Source: Flavobacteriales bacterium (GTDB taxonomy: Bacteria; Bacteroidota; Bacteroidia; Flavobacteriales_C; GCA-002722245). From it: DNA of 64,000 nucleotides. A program made the position numbers and the translations under genes. The notes below the pieces were generated by a model, which worked only from the letters and a program-made list of their open reading frames with translations, made no database searches and had not been told where the DNA came from. Location of the stretch: assembly GCA_029251005.1 (NCBI GenBank), contig JAQXEE010000115.1, positions 11,743-75,742 on the forward strand. Direction: 5' to 3'. Positions within the stretch are counted from its first letter, which is position 1, and each line of letters starts with the position of its first letter. Of this stretch, positions 39,999 to 50,680 are shown in pieces.

Positions 39999-41876
39999 TT
40001 AAGCAAGTACTTCTTTTACTTTTTTAACAATTTCTTGTGTTACAAAAGGAAGACCTTTAATCTTATTTAATCCAATTGCATCAACTAAGAATTTCTCACG
40101 AATAATTTTAATAAATTGTCCATTATTCATCTCAGGCATCACTACCTTATCGAATTTCTTCACCAATTCACCTAAGTTCTTTGGTAATGGGTTTAAATAC
40201 TTAACATGAGCGTGAGAAACTTTTTCCCCTTCATTAATTAATATTTTAGCGGCTGTTTTAACTGCTCCATAAGTTGATCCCCAACTTAACAATAAAACAT
40301 CTCCCGTATCTTCTCCCGCATCAAGTTCTTGCTCTGGAATATAATCTGCTATTTTATCAACTTTAGCTTGACGAACTTTAACCATTCTTTCATGGTTTTC
40401 TGGATCATAAGAAACATTTCCAGTCTCAAAGTCTTTTTCTAAACCACCAATTCGGTGAGCTAAGCCTTTAGTTCCAGGGATTGCCCATGGTCTAACAAGC
40501 TTCTCGTTTCTTTTGTAAGGCAAAAATGCAGGATCTTCCAATTCTCGAGGCTCTGCAAATTTCACTTCAATATCAGGTAAATCTTCAGACTTTATAACCT
40601 CCCAAGGTTCAGATCCATTTGCGATATAACCATCAGTTAATAAAAAAACTGGCGTCATGTGCTCAATTGCTATTCTACAAGCCTCATACGCTGCAGAAAA
40701 ACAATCTTTAGGAGATTGCGCTGCAATTACAGGAATTGGCGATTCTCCATTTCTTCCATATAATGCTTGAAATAAATCAGCTTGTTCTGTTTTAGTCGGT
40801 AAACCTGTAGAAGGACCACCTCTTTGAACGTTAACAATTACTAAAGGAATTTCATAAATATTTGCTAATCCAATAGCTTCACCTTTAAGCGCAATACCAG
40901 GACCCGATGAAGTTGTTATTCCTAACGCGCCTCCAAATGAAGCTCCAATTGCAGCGCAAATACCAGCAATTTCATCTTCAGCCTGAACTGTTTTTACACC
41001 GAAATTTTTGTACTTGGATAAAAAATGTAAAATATCAGAAGCAGGAGTAATAGGATAAGTTCCACAAAATAAATTTAGCCCTGTTTTTTGTGAAGCCGCG
41101 ATTAAACCAATTGCAGTAGCTTCATTACCCATTATATTTCTATAAGTCCCTGCTTTTATATTTGCAGGTTTAACTTCAAATCTTGAGGCAATTGCCTCAG
41201 CAGTATCTCCATAATAGTAGCCTGCTTTTAATACCGCAATATTTGACTGTATTAATTCAGGTTTTTTAGAAAACTTTTTCTCGAGAAAACGAATCGTATT
41301 ATCAAGCTTTCTATTATACATCCAGTATAGGAAACCTAAAACAAACATGTTTTTGGATCGATCTACTGCTTTTGTACCTAAACCAGATTCTTTTAATGTC
41401 TCACGAGTGATTTTAGTAACATCAACTTCATGGATTTTATATCCATCAAGTGTTCCGTCATTTAAAGGATTAACACCGTCGTCATATTTTGCTAACCTCA
41501 AATTCTTTTTGTCAAATCCGGAAATATTGGCAACAACGATACCACCTTTTTTTAAGGAATCTAAATTCGATTTTAAAGCTGCAGCATTCATTACAACAAG
41601 GACATCCGCATGGTCTCCTGGAGTAAATAATTCAATACTACCAAAGTGCAATTGAAATCCAGAAACTCCCGCGACAGTTCCTTGAGGAGCTCTAATTTCA
41701 GCTGGGAAGTTGGGGAATGTACTAATATCATTACCCAATAAAGCGGCTGTATCTGTAAATTGACCTCCAGTTAATTGAATACCATCTCCTGAATCACCAG
41801 CAAAAAGTATCGTAACCTCATCTTTAATTTGATTTTCTATCTGCCCCATATTTCTAGCAAAACACCTTTCAATCAC
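39999..41876 (-). CDS. korA: 2-oxoglutarate:ferredoxin oxidoreductase alpha subunit
   Basis: The 625-aa ORF has pyruvate/2-oxoacid ferredoxin oxidoreductase domains I and III, and sits directly upstream of korB. Confidence 0.85.
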   Translation of the reverse strand: MIERCFARNMGQIENQIKDEVTILFAGDSGDGIQLTGGQFTDTAALLGNDISTFPNFPAEIRAPQGTVAGVSGFQLHFGSIELFTPGDHADVLVVMNAAALKSNLDSLKKGGIVVANISGFDKKNLRLAKYDDGVNPLNDGTLDGYKIHEVDVTKITRETLKESGLGTKAVDRSKNMFVLGFLYWMYNRKLDNTIRFLEKKFSKKPELIQSNIAVLKAGYYYGDTAEAIASRFEVKPANIKAGTYRNIMGNEATAIGLIAASQKTGLNLFCGTYPITPASDILHFLSKYKNFGVKTVQAEDEIAGICAAIGASFGGALGITTSSGPGIALKGEAIGLANIYEIPLVIVNVQRGGPSTGLPTKTEQADLFQALYGRNGESPIPVIAAQSPKDCFSAAYEACRIAIEHMTPVFLLTDGYIANGSEPWEVIKSEDLPDIEVKFAEPRELEDPAFLPYKRNEKLVRPWAIPGTKGLAHRIGGLEKDFETGNVSYDPENHERMVKVRQAKVDKIADYIPEQELDAGEDTGDVLLLSWGSTYGAVKTAAKILINEGEKVSHAHVKYLNPLPKNLGELVKKFDKVVMPEMNNGQFIKIIREKFLVDAIGLNKIKGLPFVTQEIVKKVKEVLA

Positions 41877-42022
41877 TATCCAGGTCTATTTGTTTATTTT
41901 GTGTGTTTAATATTATAAATTAAAGCACATTACAATTTGTTTTAAATAATGAACAAAATTAATACTAATCCCCTAATTATTGAAGATTTAGCTAATAATA
42001 AAAGTCAATTATTGTTAAATAT

Positions 42023-42286
42023 TTATTTCGACGCTAATTTTGTTACTTGCACGGAATTAATCTCAGGCGCTTCTTTTAATACATTTTCTTTAATTCCAGA
42101 TTGAAATGTCATGTTACTCATTGAACAAGAACTACAGTTACCCAAAAACTCCAATGTTAAAACACCATCATCAGATAACTCAACTACTCTAACATCCCCA
42201 CCATCGGATTGTAGGAATGGTCTTACTTTATCCAGTCCAATTTTCACTTTAGCTAAAACCTCTTCCTTATTCATCTGCACCAACAA
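42023..42286 (-). CDS. NifU-family Fe-S cluster assembly scaffold domain protein
   Basis: The 87-aa ORF has a CSSCSMS motif (CxxC). Confidence 0.8.
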   Translation of the reverse strand: MLVQMNKEEVLAKVKIGLDKVRPFLQSDGGDVRVVELSDDGVLTLEFLGNCSSCSMSNMTFQSGIKENVLKEAPEINSVQVTKLASK

Positions 42287-42289
42287 CTT

Positions 42290-43465
42290 TTATGACATTT
42301 TAACCAATTTAGTTGGTTCCATTGTTTTATTACGAATTTCAGTCGCTTTTTCAACTGCTTTCACAAGGTTTTTAAAAGCTTCCGCTTGTGGGGTAGTTTC
42401 TTGTAAAATCGCCGGTCTTCCAGCTTCCCCAGATTCACAAATACTTTGAACTAAAGGAATTTGACCTAACAAACTAACGCCTAATTGTTCCGCCAATTTC
42501 ACCCCACCTTCTTTTCCAAAAATGAAATATTTATTTTCAGGTAATTCCGAAGGTGTGAAATAAGCCATATTTTCAACTATTCCCAAAACTGGAACGTTAA
42601 TGTTTTCTAACTTAAACATCCCTACACCCTTTTTAGCATCTGCCAAAGCAATTCCCTGAGGTGTCGTCACAACTACAGCTCCTGTTACAGGAACTGTTTG
42701 AACGAGACTTAAGTGTATATCACCAGTACCCGGAGGTAAATCAATTAATAAATAATCTAAACTTCCCCAGTAGGTATCAATAAACATTTGACGAAGTGCT
42801 TTACTAGCCATTGGTCCTCTCCAAACTATTGCTTGATTAGCATCAGCGAAAAAGCCAATCGAAAGCATTTTTACACCATAATTTTCGATCGGTTTAATAT
42901 AGTTTTTCCCTTCTACATCAATAGTAGTAGGTTTTTCATCCATTACGTCAAACATTAAAGGCATACTTGGCCCATAAATGTCAGCATCAATTAACCCAAC
43001 ACTATAACCTTGCTGCGCCAAGCCTACGGCTAAATTTGAAGTAACAGTTGACTTACCAACTCCACCCTTACCAGAGGATACAGCTATTATGTTTTTTACA
43101 CCTGGCAATACTTTTCTTTGCTCTGGGTTTCTATCTTGTGGTAGAGCAATTACATCCGCCTTTACTATAATGTCTTTAGAAATAAATCGTTGAACAGCAA
43201 ATTCACATGCTTCTTCCATTTTTTTCCTGTTGTGCATTGCAGGATTATGAACTTTCACTGAGAAAGCAACCATATTTTCCGAAAAAACAAAGTCTCCAAT
43301 TAGATCTAACTCTACAATACTCTTTTTTAAATCAGGCTCCTGAACTGAACTTAAAGCTTCTAATACCTGGTCTTTACTTGGAATCATACCCTTATTTAGA
43401 TTTATTCTAAGCAAAAATAAGCATTTGCGTGCAAATAACTCTGCATCCTTATTTCGAAATGTCAA
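42290..43465 (-). CDS. apbC: Fe-S cluster carrier ATPase Mrp/ApbC with N-terminal MIP18 (DUF59) domain
   Basis: The protein has an SGKGGVGKSTV deviant Walker A motif and a CxxC-like region. Confidence 0.88.
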   Translation of the reverse strand: MTFRNKDAELFARKCLFLLRINLNKGMIPSKDQVLEALSSVQEPDLKKSIVELDLIGDFVFSENMVAFSVKVHNPAMHNRKKMEEACEFAVQRFISKDIIVKADVIALPQDRNPEQRKVLPGVKNIIAVSSGKGGVGKSTVTSNLAVGLAQQGYSVGLIDADIYGPSMPLMFDVMDEKPTTIDVEGKNYIKPIENYGVKMLSIGFFADANQAIVWRGPMASKALRQMFIDTYWGSLDYLLIDLPPGTGDIHLSLVQTVPVTGAVVVTTPQGIALADAKKGVGMFKLENINVPVLGIVENMAYFTPSELPENKYFIFGKEGGVKLAEQLGVSLLGQIPLVQSICESGEAGRPAILQETTPQAEAFKNLVKAVEKATEIRNKTMEPTKLVKMS

Positions 43466-44063
43466 AAAAGAGACACATAAAATAAATGTTAAATGAATTT
43501 AGTTTGCCTGAAGCCTAAAAACAAAAAAATAACTGTTGGAAGATCGATTTCAAATTATTTTTTTGAACTCATAAAAATTAGAATTCGAAACTGCTAAAAA
43601 AGACTTAATTAAACCTTTTTATTTAATCGAGAACTCGAAAAAACTTCATTTAGCATCTATCCTAAAAAAAAAATGCAAACTGTACGTTTGTATAATAAGA
43701 AATTTAGATCCTGATTATTTGGGATATGTAGATTTTTTAGTTGTTATTTTGACGCAAAAGTTAACAAATCAGCCAAATTATTTTCAAAAATTAAATAAGT
43801 TAAAATCACCGTGAAAAAACAAATTAGCAACGAAATAGCCACTTCTAATACCAAAATATTTTTAATTGCCCAGCTAAATATTTTTTTATTCAATCTATAA
43901 AAAGTTTAAATTTCAGGTGTCGCTTTAAATAAACTAACGATTTAACAAAACAGCGTCATTACTGTCAGATACTCACTATACAATTGATTTTTAATCAGAA
44001 ATAATTAAACAAATTTGGAAGCTATTCAGGAATTGTACTATCTTAGCCTTCGATCGACGAAAT

Positions 44064-44135
44064 GGTCGCGTGGCCGAGCGGCTTAGGCACAGGTCTGCAA
44101 AACCTGCTACGGCGGTTCGATTCCGTCCGCGACCT
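44064..44135 (+). tRNA. tRNA-Cys (anticodon GCA)
   Basis: I folded it by hand. The acceptor stem pairs GGTCGCG with CGCGACC. The anticodon stem pairs CAGGT with ACCTG around the loop CTGCAAA. The T-arm is GGCGG-TTCGATT-CCGTC. The discriminator is U. Confidence 0.85.
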
Positions 44136-44138
44136 CTA

Positions 44139-44167
44139 AGGAACTCTTTTAAGAGTTCCTTTTTTTA
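44139..44167 (+). terminator. Rho-independent terminator after tRNA-Cys
   Basis: The hairpin aggaactctt-tt-aagagttcct is followed by T7. Confidence 0.6.
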
Positions 44168-44237
44168 TGCCTAAAACTTTTTTCGATTTTATTTATGGAA
44201 TGTCTTTTATTCTCGCATCTAAAAAGAAAATCGTGTT

Positions 44238-46106
44238 ATGAAAGTTCTTATTAGTTTCTTTTTTCTTCTATTCTTTTTTGTTGCCACATTTGCTCAAAAA
44301 GGCACGCTATCTGTTTCCTTTAAATCTGAAGATAATGTTGCTGTTGAACATGGAAAAATCAAAATCAAGACACCAAGTAGCTATCAATTAAACTTTGAAA
44401 CAGATGTTAATGGATTTTTTCAAATGGATTTCGAATCTGGTTTATATACTTTATACTTCGACAAAAAAATGTTCAAAGATACTTTTCAGTTTAAAATTTC
44501 ACCTTTTAAAACCAATAACCTTCAAATAGTCCTTCATAATCTAAACGTTAATAAGGAGCAAAAAAAATCATCTCCAAAACGAACTACTGAACACATATTC
44601 AAAAAGTCAAAAAGTGATTTTCGTAAAAAAGAAAAATTTATCCGTTCTGAATCTTCTGACGATTTTGAAATAATGGCGTCTGAATTTTTATCAGCTTCGG
44701 ATATGAAAGAAGCAGGTAAAATTCAAGATTATTCCGCTACTAAAAGATCCAAAACAAGGATTACTGAAGAAATATCTGCCAGCGCACTCACAGCTGGTGA
44801 ATTAAATGATTTTTCTAAATGGGAATTATGGACAGATATTGAATCTACTGATTTAGAAAACCATTATAAAACCTGGAATATTTATCCTCATTATCGATTT
44901 TGTGTTCAAGTTAAAAACCACGAAAACTATCCAGTAATTAACGCGAGTATTAAATTATACAATGGAGATGAAATAATATTTGAATCAAGAACGGATAACA
45001 CAGGAAAGGGGGAATTGTGGGCAGATCTATTTAAAAATAAGACTAAAACTAATTATCAAATTCTTATTTCTAAAAATGAGGTTGATCACTGGATCAAAAA
45101 ACCTTTACTATTTTCAAAAGGAATTAACTTCGCTACAATCTCAGCAAATTGTACTTCTTCAAAGAATGTAGATATAGCCTTTATTGTTGATGCAACAGGA
45201 TCGATGGGAGATGAAATTAAATACTTACAATCAGAATTATTAGACGTAATCGATCGAATAAAAAATCAAAACAAAACTCTTAATATTCAAACTGGAAGCG
45301 TTTTTTACAGAGATCATACCGATGCGTATTTAACGAAAATGAGTCCAATGACAAGTAATGTCAGTAAAACCTCTGAATTTATAAAAAATCAATTTGCAGC
45401 AGGAGGAGGTGATGGACCGGAAGCTGTAGATGAGGCTTTATGGGTGACAAGTGAGTTTTTGAATTGGCGGAATGAAACAAGAGCAAAAATTGCGTTTTTA
45501 ATTCTTGATGCTCCACCACATCAAAATCAATCAGAATTAGATAAGATTGAAAAAGCAGTAAAACTAGCGTCAAAAAAAGGCATTAGAATCATTCCAATTG
45601 TAGGAAGTGGTATTAATAAGAGTACAGAGTACCTGATGAGAAGCATTGCCTTAGCTACAAATGGAACCTATACATTTTTAACGGATGATAGTGGAATTGG
45701 TAACGCTCACCTCAAACCTACTACTGATGATTATCAAGTTGAGAAGCTAAATGATTTAATAGTTAGGCTCATTACTCAGTATACTAAAGTTTCCGAATGT
45801 AATAAGACTTTTTATAAGAATACTGCTATAATTGATTCTGCAATTGAAGCTAAAGGTCAAATTGGTATAAATATTTACTTATACCCCAATCCAACAAAGG
45901 GGATTTTAAACATAAAATCTGATTTACCAATAAATGAATTATACATTTCCGATTTATCAGGAAAAAGTATTGCAATGCTTAGCGGAAATTCCAATACTTT
46001 TTGGAAATATAATCTTAGCAATTATCCAACTGGATTATATTTAATACGCTACTATGATCAAAATAAGGATAAATGGCACAGTAAAAAGTTCATTTTGATT
46101 AAATAA
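44238..46106 (+). CDS. Secreted von Willebrand factor A (vWA) domain protein with T9SS C-terminal sorting domain
   Basis: The protein has a signal peptide (FVATFAQ), a K/S-rich low-complexity linker, a vWA MIDAS motif (DATGSMGDE), and a C-terminal T9SS type A sorting domain (INIYLYPNPTKGILNI…). Confidence 0.7.
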   Translation: MKVLISFFFLLFFFVATFAQKGTLSVSFKSEDNVAVEHGKIKIKTPSSYQLNFETDVNGFFQMDFESGLYTLYFDKKMFKDTFQFKISPFKTNNLQIVLHNLNVNKEQKKSSPKRTTEHIFKKSKSDFRKKEKFIRSESSDDFEIMASEFLSASDMKEAGKIQDYSATKRSKTRITEEISASALTAGELNDFSKWELWTDIESTDLENHYKTWNIYPHYRFCVQVKNHENYPVINASIKLYNGDEIIFESRTDNTGKGELWADLFKNKTKTNYQILISKNEVDHWIKKPLLFSKGINFATISANCTSSKNVDIAFIVDATGSMGDEIKYLQSELLDVIDRIKNQNKTLNIQTGSVFYRDHTDAYLTKMSPMTSNVSKTSEFIKNQFAAGGGDGPEAVDEALWVTSEFLNWRNETRAKIAFLILDAPPHQNQSELDKIEKAVKLASKKGIRIIPIVGSGINKSTEYLMRSIALATNGTYTFLTDDSGIGNAHLKPTTDDYQVEKLNDLIVRLITQYTKVSECNKTFYKNTAIIDSAIEAKGQIGINIYLYPNPTKGILNIKSDLPINELYISDLSGKSIAMLSGNSNTFWKYNLSNYPTGLYLIRYYDQNKDKWHSKKFILIK

Positions 46107-46155
46107 TCCAATTTGTAGTTGTATCTCTTTTAACAATTAGTTGTAATTTTGCACC

Positions 46156-46506
46156 ATGTTAGTTGAAGTACTAAAATCGAAAATTCACAGAGTAACTGTT
46201 ACACAAGCAGACTTAAATTATATCGGAAGCATAACCATTGATGAAAATTTAATGGACGCTGCAAATATGATTGAGGGTGAAAAAGTGCAAATTGTAAATA
46301 TCAATAATGGTGAACGCCTCGAAACTTACATAATTAAGGGGGAAAGAGGATCAGGGAGTATTTGTTTAAATGGGCCTGCAGCAAGACGCGTTGCTGTAGA
46401 TGATATTGTTATTATAATATCCTACGCTCAACTCGATTTTGAAAAAGCTAAACTTTTTAAGCCAACCATTGTGTTTCCAGATACGTCTACTAATAAACTA
46501 AAGTAA
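46156..46506 (+). CDS. panD: Aspartate 1-decarboxylase
   Basis: The protein begins [29 protein letters not shown] and has a pyruvoyl-forming GS site. Confidence 0.92.
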   Translation: MLVEVLKSKIHRVTVTQADLNYIGSITIDENLMDAANMIEGEKVQIVNINNGERLETYIIKGERGSGSICLNGPAARRVAVDDIVIIISYAQLDFEKAKLFKPTIVFPDTSTNKLK

Positions 46507-47007
46507 TTGACAACTTTTAATCAAATAAAATCCAAAATCGTTTCTCTTCCCGAAGCAACAGAAGTTGTTGAAGCTTGGAAACAAAAAGGAATCAAAACAG
46601 TTTTTACAAATGGATGTTTTGATTTATTACACTTAGGGCATCTTGATTATTTATCAAAATCAAAAGACCTAGGAGATAAGCTAATTCTGGGTTTAAACTC
46701 ATCAGCTTCAGTAAGTCGTTTAAAAGGTCCAACAAGACCAATAAATAGCACTGAATCAAGGGCTATGATGCTTGCTGCATTTGAGTTTATTGACTTAGTT
46801 GTCGTTTTTGAAGAAGATACCCCATTAAATGTTATAGCCAGTTTAACACCTAATATCTTAGTAAAAGGAGGTGACTACACAATTAAAACAATTATTGGTG
46901 CACCTGAAGTTGAAGCAAAAGGAGGTTTAGTAAAAGTTATTCCTTTTCTTAACGGATATTCATCCACGACTATTGTAACTAAGATTCAAAGTTTGAGTAA
47001 AAATTAA
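46507..47007 (+). CDS. Cytidylyltransferase-like nucleotidyltransferase (D-beta-D-heptose 1-phosphate adenylyltransferase / RfaE domain II type)
   Basis: The protein has an FTNGCFDLLHLGHLDYL (HxGH) motif. Confidence 0.75.
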   Translation: MTTFNQIKSKIVSLPEATEVVEAWKQKGIKTVFTNGCFDLLHLGHLDYLSKSKDLGDKLILGLNSSASVSRLKGPTRPINSTESRAMMLAAFEFIDLVVVFEEDTPLNVIASLTPNILVKGGDYTIKTIIGAPEVEAKGGLVKVIPFLNGYSSTTIVTKIQSLSKN

Positions 47008-47040
47008 AAGTTTGTATATTCACAGTGTAATCAAATCAGC

Positions 47041-47466
47041 ATGAAAAATTCATTTAAAATATTTCTTCCATTAATAGCATTAACTTTAATCTTTAACTCT
47101 TGCAGAAAGCAAAATCAAGAGTATTTGCTTGGTGAATGGAATTTAATTTCTAAGCCTGTGCAAGAACTTGAATATAAATGGTATTTTAATTCCTCCAAAG
47201 TTTACGTAATGGCAACTGATGGTAATGAAAATGAAGCAGCAACAGGAGATTTAGATACTTGTTCTTTCGGTGCTTACATTCTTAAAAATGGAGTTTTAAC
47301 TATGGCTTTAAAAGAAGCTCCTTGTAGAGGATCTGTTTTTAATGGTGATTGGGATATCCAAGGATTAACTGAAGAATATATGACACTTCGTAGAGAAACT
47401 AGTTCTGGTACTCAATGGTATGAATTTACAAAGCAAGGTTCTGAAAACGAAGAAACAACCGAATAA
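47041..47466 (+). CDS. Lipoprotein of unknown function (lipocalin-like)
   Basis: The 141-aa ORF has a lipobox FNSCRKQ. Confidence 0.5.
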   Translation: MKNSFKIFLPLIALTLIFNSCRKQNQEYLLGEWNLISKPVQELEYKWYFNSSKVYVMATDGNENEAATGDLDTCSFGAYILKNGVLTMALKEAPCRGSVFNGDWDIQGLTEEYMTLRRETSSGTQWYEFTKQGSENEETTE

Positions 47467-48834
47467 TTGACTAAGAAAAAAAGTACCTTCGTTTGCCAAA
47501 ATTGTGGAAATCAATCTGCTAAGTGGTTAGGCAAATGTCCTCAATGTAGTGCATGGAATTCTTTCGTTGAAGAAATAATATCTAATCCCAATTCAAAACC
47601 TGTTTCTGCTGGAATTTCTCGAACCGCTAAGAAAGCAAAATCACTTAAAGATGTTGAACCTTTAACGCAAAAACGATTAGTTTTTACAGACGTAGAACTA
47701 AACAGAGTTCTTGGAGGAGGTGCAATTCCGGGCTCTTTAATATTATTTGGAGGAGAGCCAGGAATTGGAAAATCTACTTTAATGCTTCAAGTTGCATTGC
47801 AAAACCCTCAATTTAAAGTTCTATACGTCTCTGGTGAAGAAAGTGATGAACAAATTAAAACAAGAGCTGATCGGGTTCAGCCAGAAACATCCGATAACAT
47901 TTTTATTCTCACAGAAACAGATACTACCATTATTAAAAATGCATCAGAAAATTTACAACCTGATATTTTAATAATCGATTCCATTCAAACATTACACTCA
48001 GATAAATTAGATTCAGCTCCAGGAACAGTCTCTCAAATAAGAGAGTGTACTTATGAAATTTTAGCATTTGCAAAAAGCATGGGACTTCCCACTTTTATTA
48101 TCGGACACATTAACAAAGAAGGAAGTCTTGCAGGTCCTAAAGTTTTAGAGCACATGGTTGACACTGTGCTTCAGTTTGAAGGTGATCGAAACCATTTTTA
48201 CAGAATTGTTCGAAGTATTAAAAATAGATTCGGTTCAACAAATGAATTAGGTATTTATGAAATGTTAGAATCAGGTTTAAAGCCTGTTGTTGACCCCTCA
48301 AAAATATTAATATCAGCACGTGAAGAAGATTTAAGTGGGATTGCTATTACAGCGAACCTGGAAGGTGTTCGCCCATTAATGATCGAAACTCAAGCCTTAG
48401 TTTCTAGAGCTGCCTATGGAACGCCACAGCGCTCAGCAACAGGTTTTGATTTACGAAGGCTAAATATGCTTTTAGCTGTATTAGAGAAAAAATGTGGGTT
48501 TAAGGTAGGACTAGAAGATGTCTTTCTAAACATCACTGGTGGTATCAAAGTTGAAGATCCAGCTTCTGATTTAGCAATTTTAGCCGCTATTGTTTCAAGT
48601 AGAGAGGATCTTCCGATATCAAGTAAAGTCTGTTTTGCAGGTGAAGTTGGACTATCTGGAGAAGTTAGACCCGTTCAAAAAATAGGTCAAAGAATCACTG
48701 AAGCCAAAAAACTAGGTTTTGAAAAAATTTATGTTTCTGAATACAATGATTTTAGTGCTTTAAAAGAATTTAAAGGGTTGGGTATTTATAAAGCAAAAAA
48801 AATAGAAGAAGTTTTCCGAGATCTATTCTCGTAA
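47467..48834 (+). CDS. radA: DNA repair protein RadA (Sms); TTG start
   Basis: The protein has a Zn finger (CQNCGNQSAKWLGKCPQC), a RecA-like Walker A (GEPGIGKST), a KNRFG motif and a Lon-like C-terminal domain. Confidence 0.92.
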   Translation: MTKKKSTFVCQNCGNQSAKWLGKCPQCSAWNSFVEEIISNPNSKPVSAGISRTAKKAKSLKDVEPLTQKRLVFTDVELNRVLGGGAIPGSLILFGGEPGIGKSTLMLQVALQNPQFKVLYVSGEESDEQIKTRADRVQPETSDNIFILTETDTTIIKNASENLQPDILIIDSIQTLHSDKLDSAPGTVSQIRECTYEILAFAKSMGLPTFIIGHINKEGSLAGPKVLEHMVDTVLQFEGDRNHFYRIVRSIKNRFGSTNELGIYEMLESGLKPVVDPSKILISAREEDLSGIAITANLEGVRPLMIETQALVSRAAYGTPQRSATGFDLRRLNMLLAVLEKKCGFKVGLEDVFLNITGGIKVEDPASDLAILAAIVSSREDLPISSKVCFAGEVGLSGEVRPVQKIGQRITEAKKLGFEKIYVSEYNDFSALKEFKGLGIYKAKKIEEVFRDLFS

Positions 48835-48863
48835 GTATTAATAGATGTTCGTACTTTTAGAAA

Positions 48864-50249
48864 ATGGCAAGTATTGAAGTCTTAAATCCATATTCATCAG
48901 ATAGTATTCAAACTTTAGAACTAAGTTCTAATGAAGTCGCTTTCGCTAAGTTAGAGGAAGCAAACGCCCTATATCAAAAACATCCTAAAGGCTTAAGTAA
49001 AGAAAAAAGAATCTCTATCCTTGAAAAATTCTACGAAAAATTCTACGAAGCCAAAGAAGCTTTAATTCAATTAGCAGTTCTTGAAGGAGCTAAACCTCTC
49101 AATGATACTGAAGTAGAATTCAATCGTGCTCTTGAAGGCATCAAACTTGGTGTTCAAGCAGTTCGGTCGATCATTGGAGAACAAGTACCCATGAATCTTA
49201 ATGCTGCGAGTACAAATAAACTAGCTTATACAATTAAGTCACCAATTGGAGTTGTACTATCAATAAGCGCTTTTAATCACCCAATTAATTTAGCCATTCA
49301 CCAAATAGTTCCTGCAATAGCAGCAGGATGTCCAGTTATTTATAAACCTGCATTAACAACTCCTTTGGTAAGTAAAAAAATAATTGAACTTATTTATGAC
49401 TCTGGACTACCCAGAGAATGGTGTACTTATTTAGTTTGCGAAAATGAAACTACGGCTAAATTAGCACAGAGCCCATTATTAGGATATATTTCCTTTATTG
49501 GTTCTTCAAAAATTGGTTGGAATATCAAAGCTAAAATAGCACCAGGAGTTAAAATTGCTCTTGAACATGGAGGAAACGCTCCTACTATCGTAAGGGCAGA
49601 TGCTAATTTAAAATTAGCAATTCCACAAATTGCCAAAGCTGGATTTTATCATGCAGGACAGGTTTGTGTATCAGCACAAAGGATATATGTTCACGATACC
49701 ATTTGTGATTCCTTTGTAGCGCAAATTAACCGTTTAGCACAAACTCAAAAATTAGGAAATCCATTATCTGTGGAGACCGAGATTGGTCCGTTAATTTCAG
49801 ACACATCCCTCAATCGTATTAATAAATGGGTTCAAGATGCAATTGATGAAGGAGCCACTTTAATTGCTGGCGGAAATAAACTTCAAAACAATTGCTATGA
49901 ACCTACTATCCTACTAAACCCATTAGAAAAAAGTAAAGTTACCAAAGAAGAAATTTTTGGACCAGTTATCTGTATATATAGTTTCAGTTCTGATGAAGAA
50001 GCAATAAAAAGAGCTAATAATTCACGCTATTGTTTTCAATCAGCTGTATTTACCGAAAGTTTAAATAAAGCATTAAAATATACTCAGGATTTAAACGGAT
50101 CTGCTGTTTTAATTAATTCCCACCCAGCGTTTAGAGTAGATTGGATGCCTTTTGGCGGACAGGGATTAAGCGGTGATGGACTTGGTGGTATTTCGTACTC
50201 TACAGAGGAAATGCTTAAACAAAAACTTATAATTATCGCTGAAAACTAA
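48864..50249 (+). CDS. NAD(P)-dependent aldehyde dehydrogenase family protein
   Basis: The 461-aa ORF has a catalytic Cys region (GQVCVSAQR) and a Glu region (ELGGNAP-like LEHGGNAP). Confidence 0.88.
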   Translation: MASIEVLNPYSSDSIQTLELSSNEVAFAKLEEANALYQKHPKGLSKEKRISILEKFYEKFYEAKEALIQLAVLEGAKPLNDTEVEFNRALEGIKLGVQAVRSIIGEQVPMNLNAASTNKLAYTIKSPIGVVLSISAFNHPINLAIHQIVPAIAAGCPVIYKPALTTPLVSKKIIELIYDSGLPREWCTYLVCENETTAKLAQSPLLGYISFIGSSKIGWNIKAKIAPGVKIALEHGGNAPTIVRADANLKLAIPQIAKAGFYHAGQVCVSAQRIYVHDTICDSFVAQINRLAQTQKLGNPLSVETEIGPLISDTSLNRINKWVQDAIDEGATLIAGGNKLQNNCYEPTILLNPLEKSKVTKEEIFGPVICIYSFSSDEEAIKRANNSRYCFQSAVFTESLNKALKYTQDLNGSAVLINSHPAFRVDWMPFGGQGLSGDGLGGISYSTEEMLKQKLIIIAEN

Positions 50250-50680
50250 TATATGATAAGAGCTTCAGTGTCATCATAACTAAATTTCAAACCTTTATGA
50301 TGACCGAACATTTTTCCGTTCATTTTCAACCTTTCAATCGGTAATTTAGACTTTATCGTGAAAATCATATTGTATGTTCTGTTTTTTTGAATATGCATCC
50401 AAATTAACTTAATTTTTCTGCCATCAAGTTTAAAATTAATTGCATCATCTTTCGTGATTTCTTCAACAAAGTCAGCCGACAATGGTAATTTAGCTTCGTA
50501 TTTTGCTAAACCATTTATCATATTTCCATTTGTAATCTGAATCGAAACCTTATACAAATGCTCACTTATTTCAGTAATTGATTTCTTAACTTTTAAGTTA
50601 TTAGTATCGGAACTAGATATAAATGAAAATCCTCCGATTAACAATAACAAAAACATTCCTTTTTTTAACACCTTATCCAT
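50246..50680 (-). CDS. Hypothetical secreted protein
   Basis: The 144-aa ORF has an N-terminal signal-like hydrophobic segment. No motif recognised. Confidence 0.4.
   Translation of the reverse strand: MDKVLKKGMFLLLLIGGFSFISSSDTNNLKVKKSITEISEHLYKVSIQITNGNMINGLAKYEAKLPLSADFVEEITKDDAINFKLDGRKIKLIWMHIQKNRTYNMIFTIKSKLPIERLKMNGKMFGHHKGLKFSYDDTEALIIY

Noticed and set aside
43466-44063. 600-bp AT-rich spacer before tRNA-Cys as a possible integrated element or sRNA
   Set aside because: There is no integrase, no repeat of the tRNA 3' end, and no convincing ORF or structured element on visual inspection. I treat it as a promoter-rich intergenic region. A covariance-model scan could still find an sRNA.
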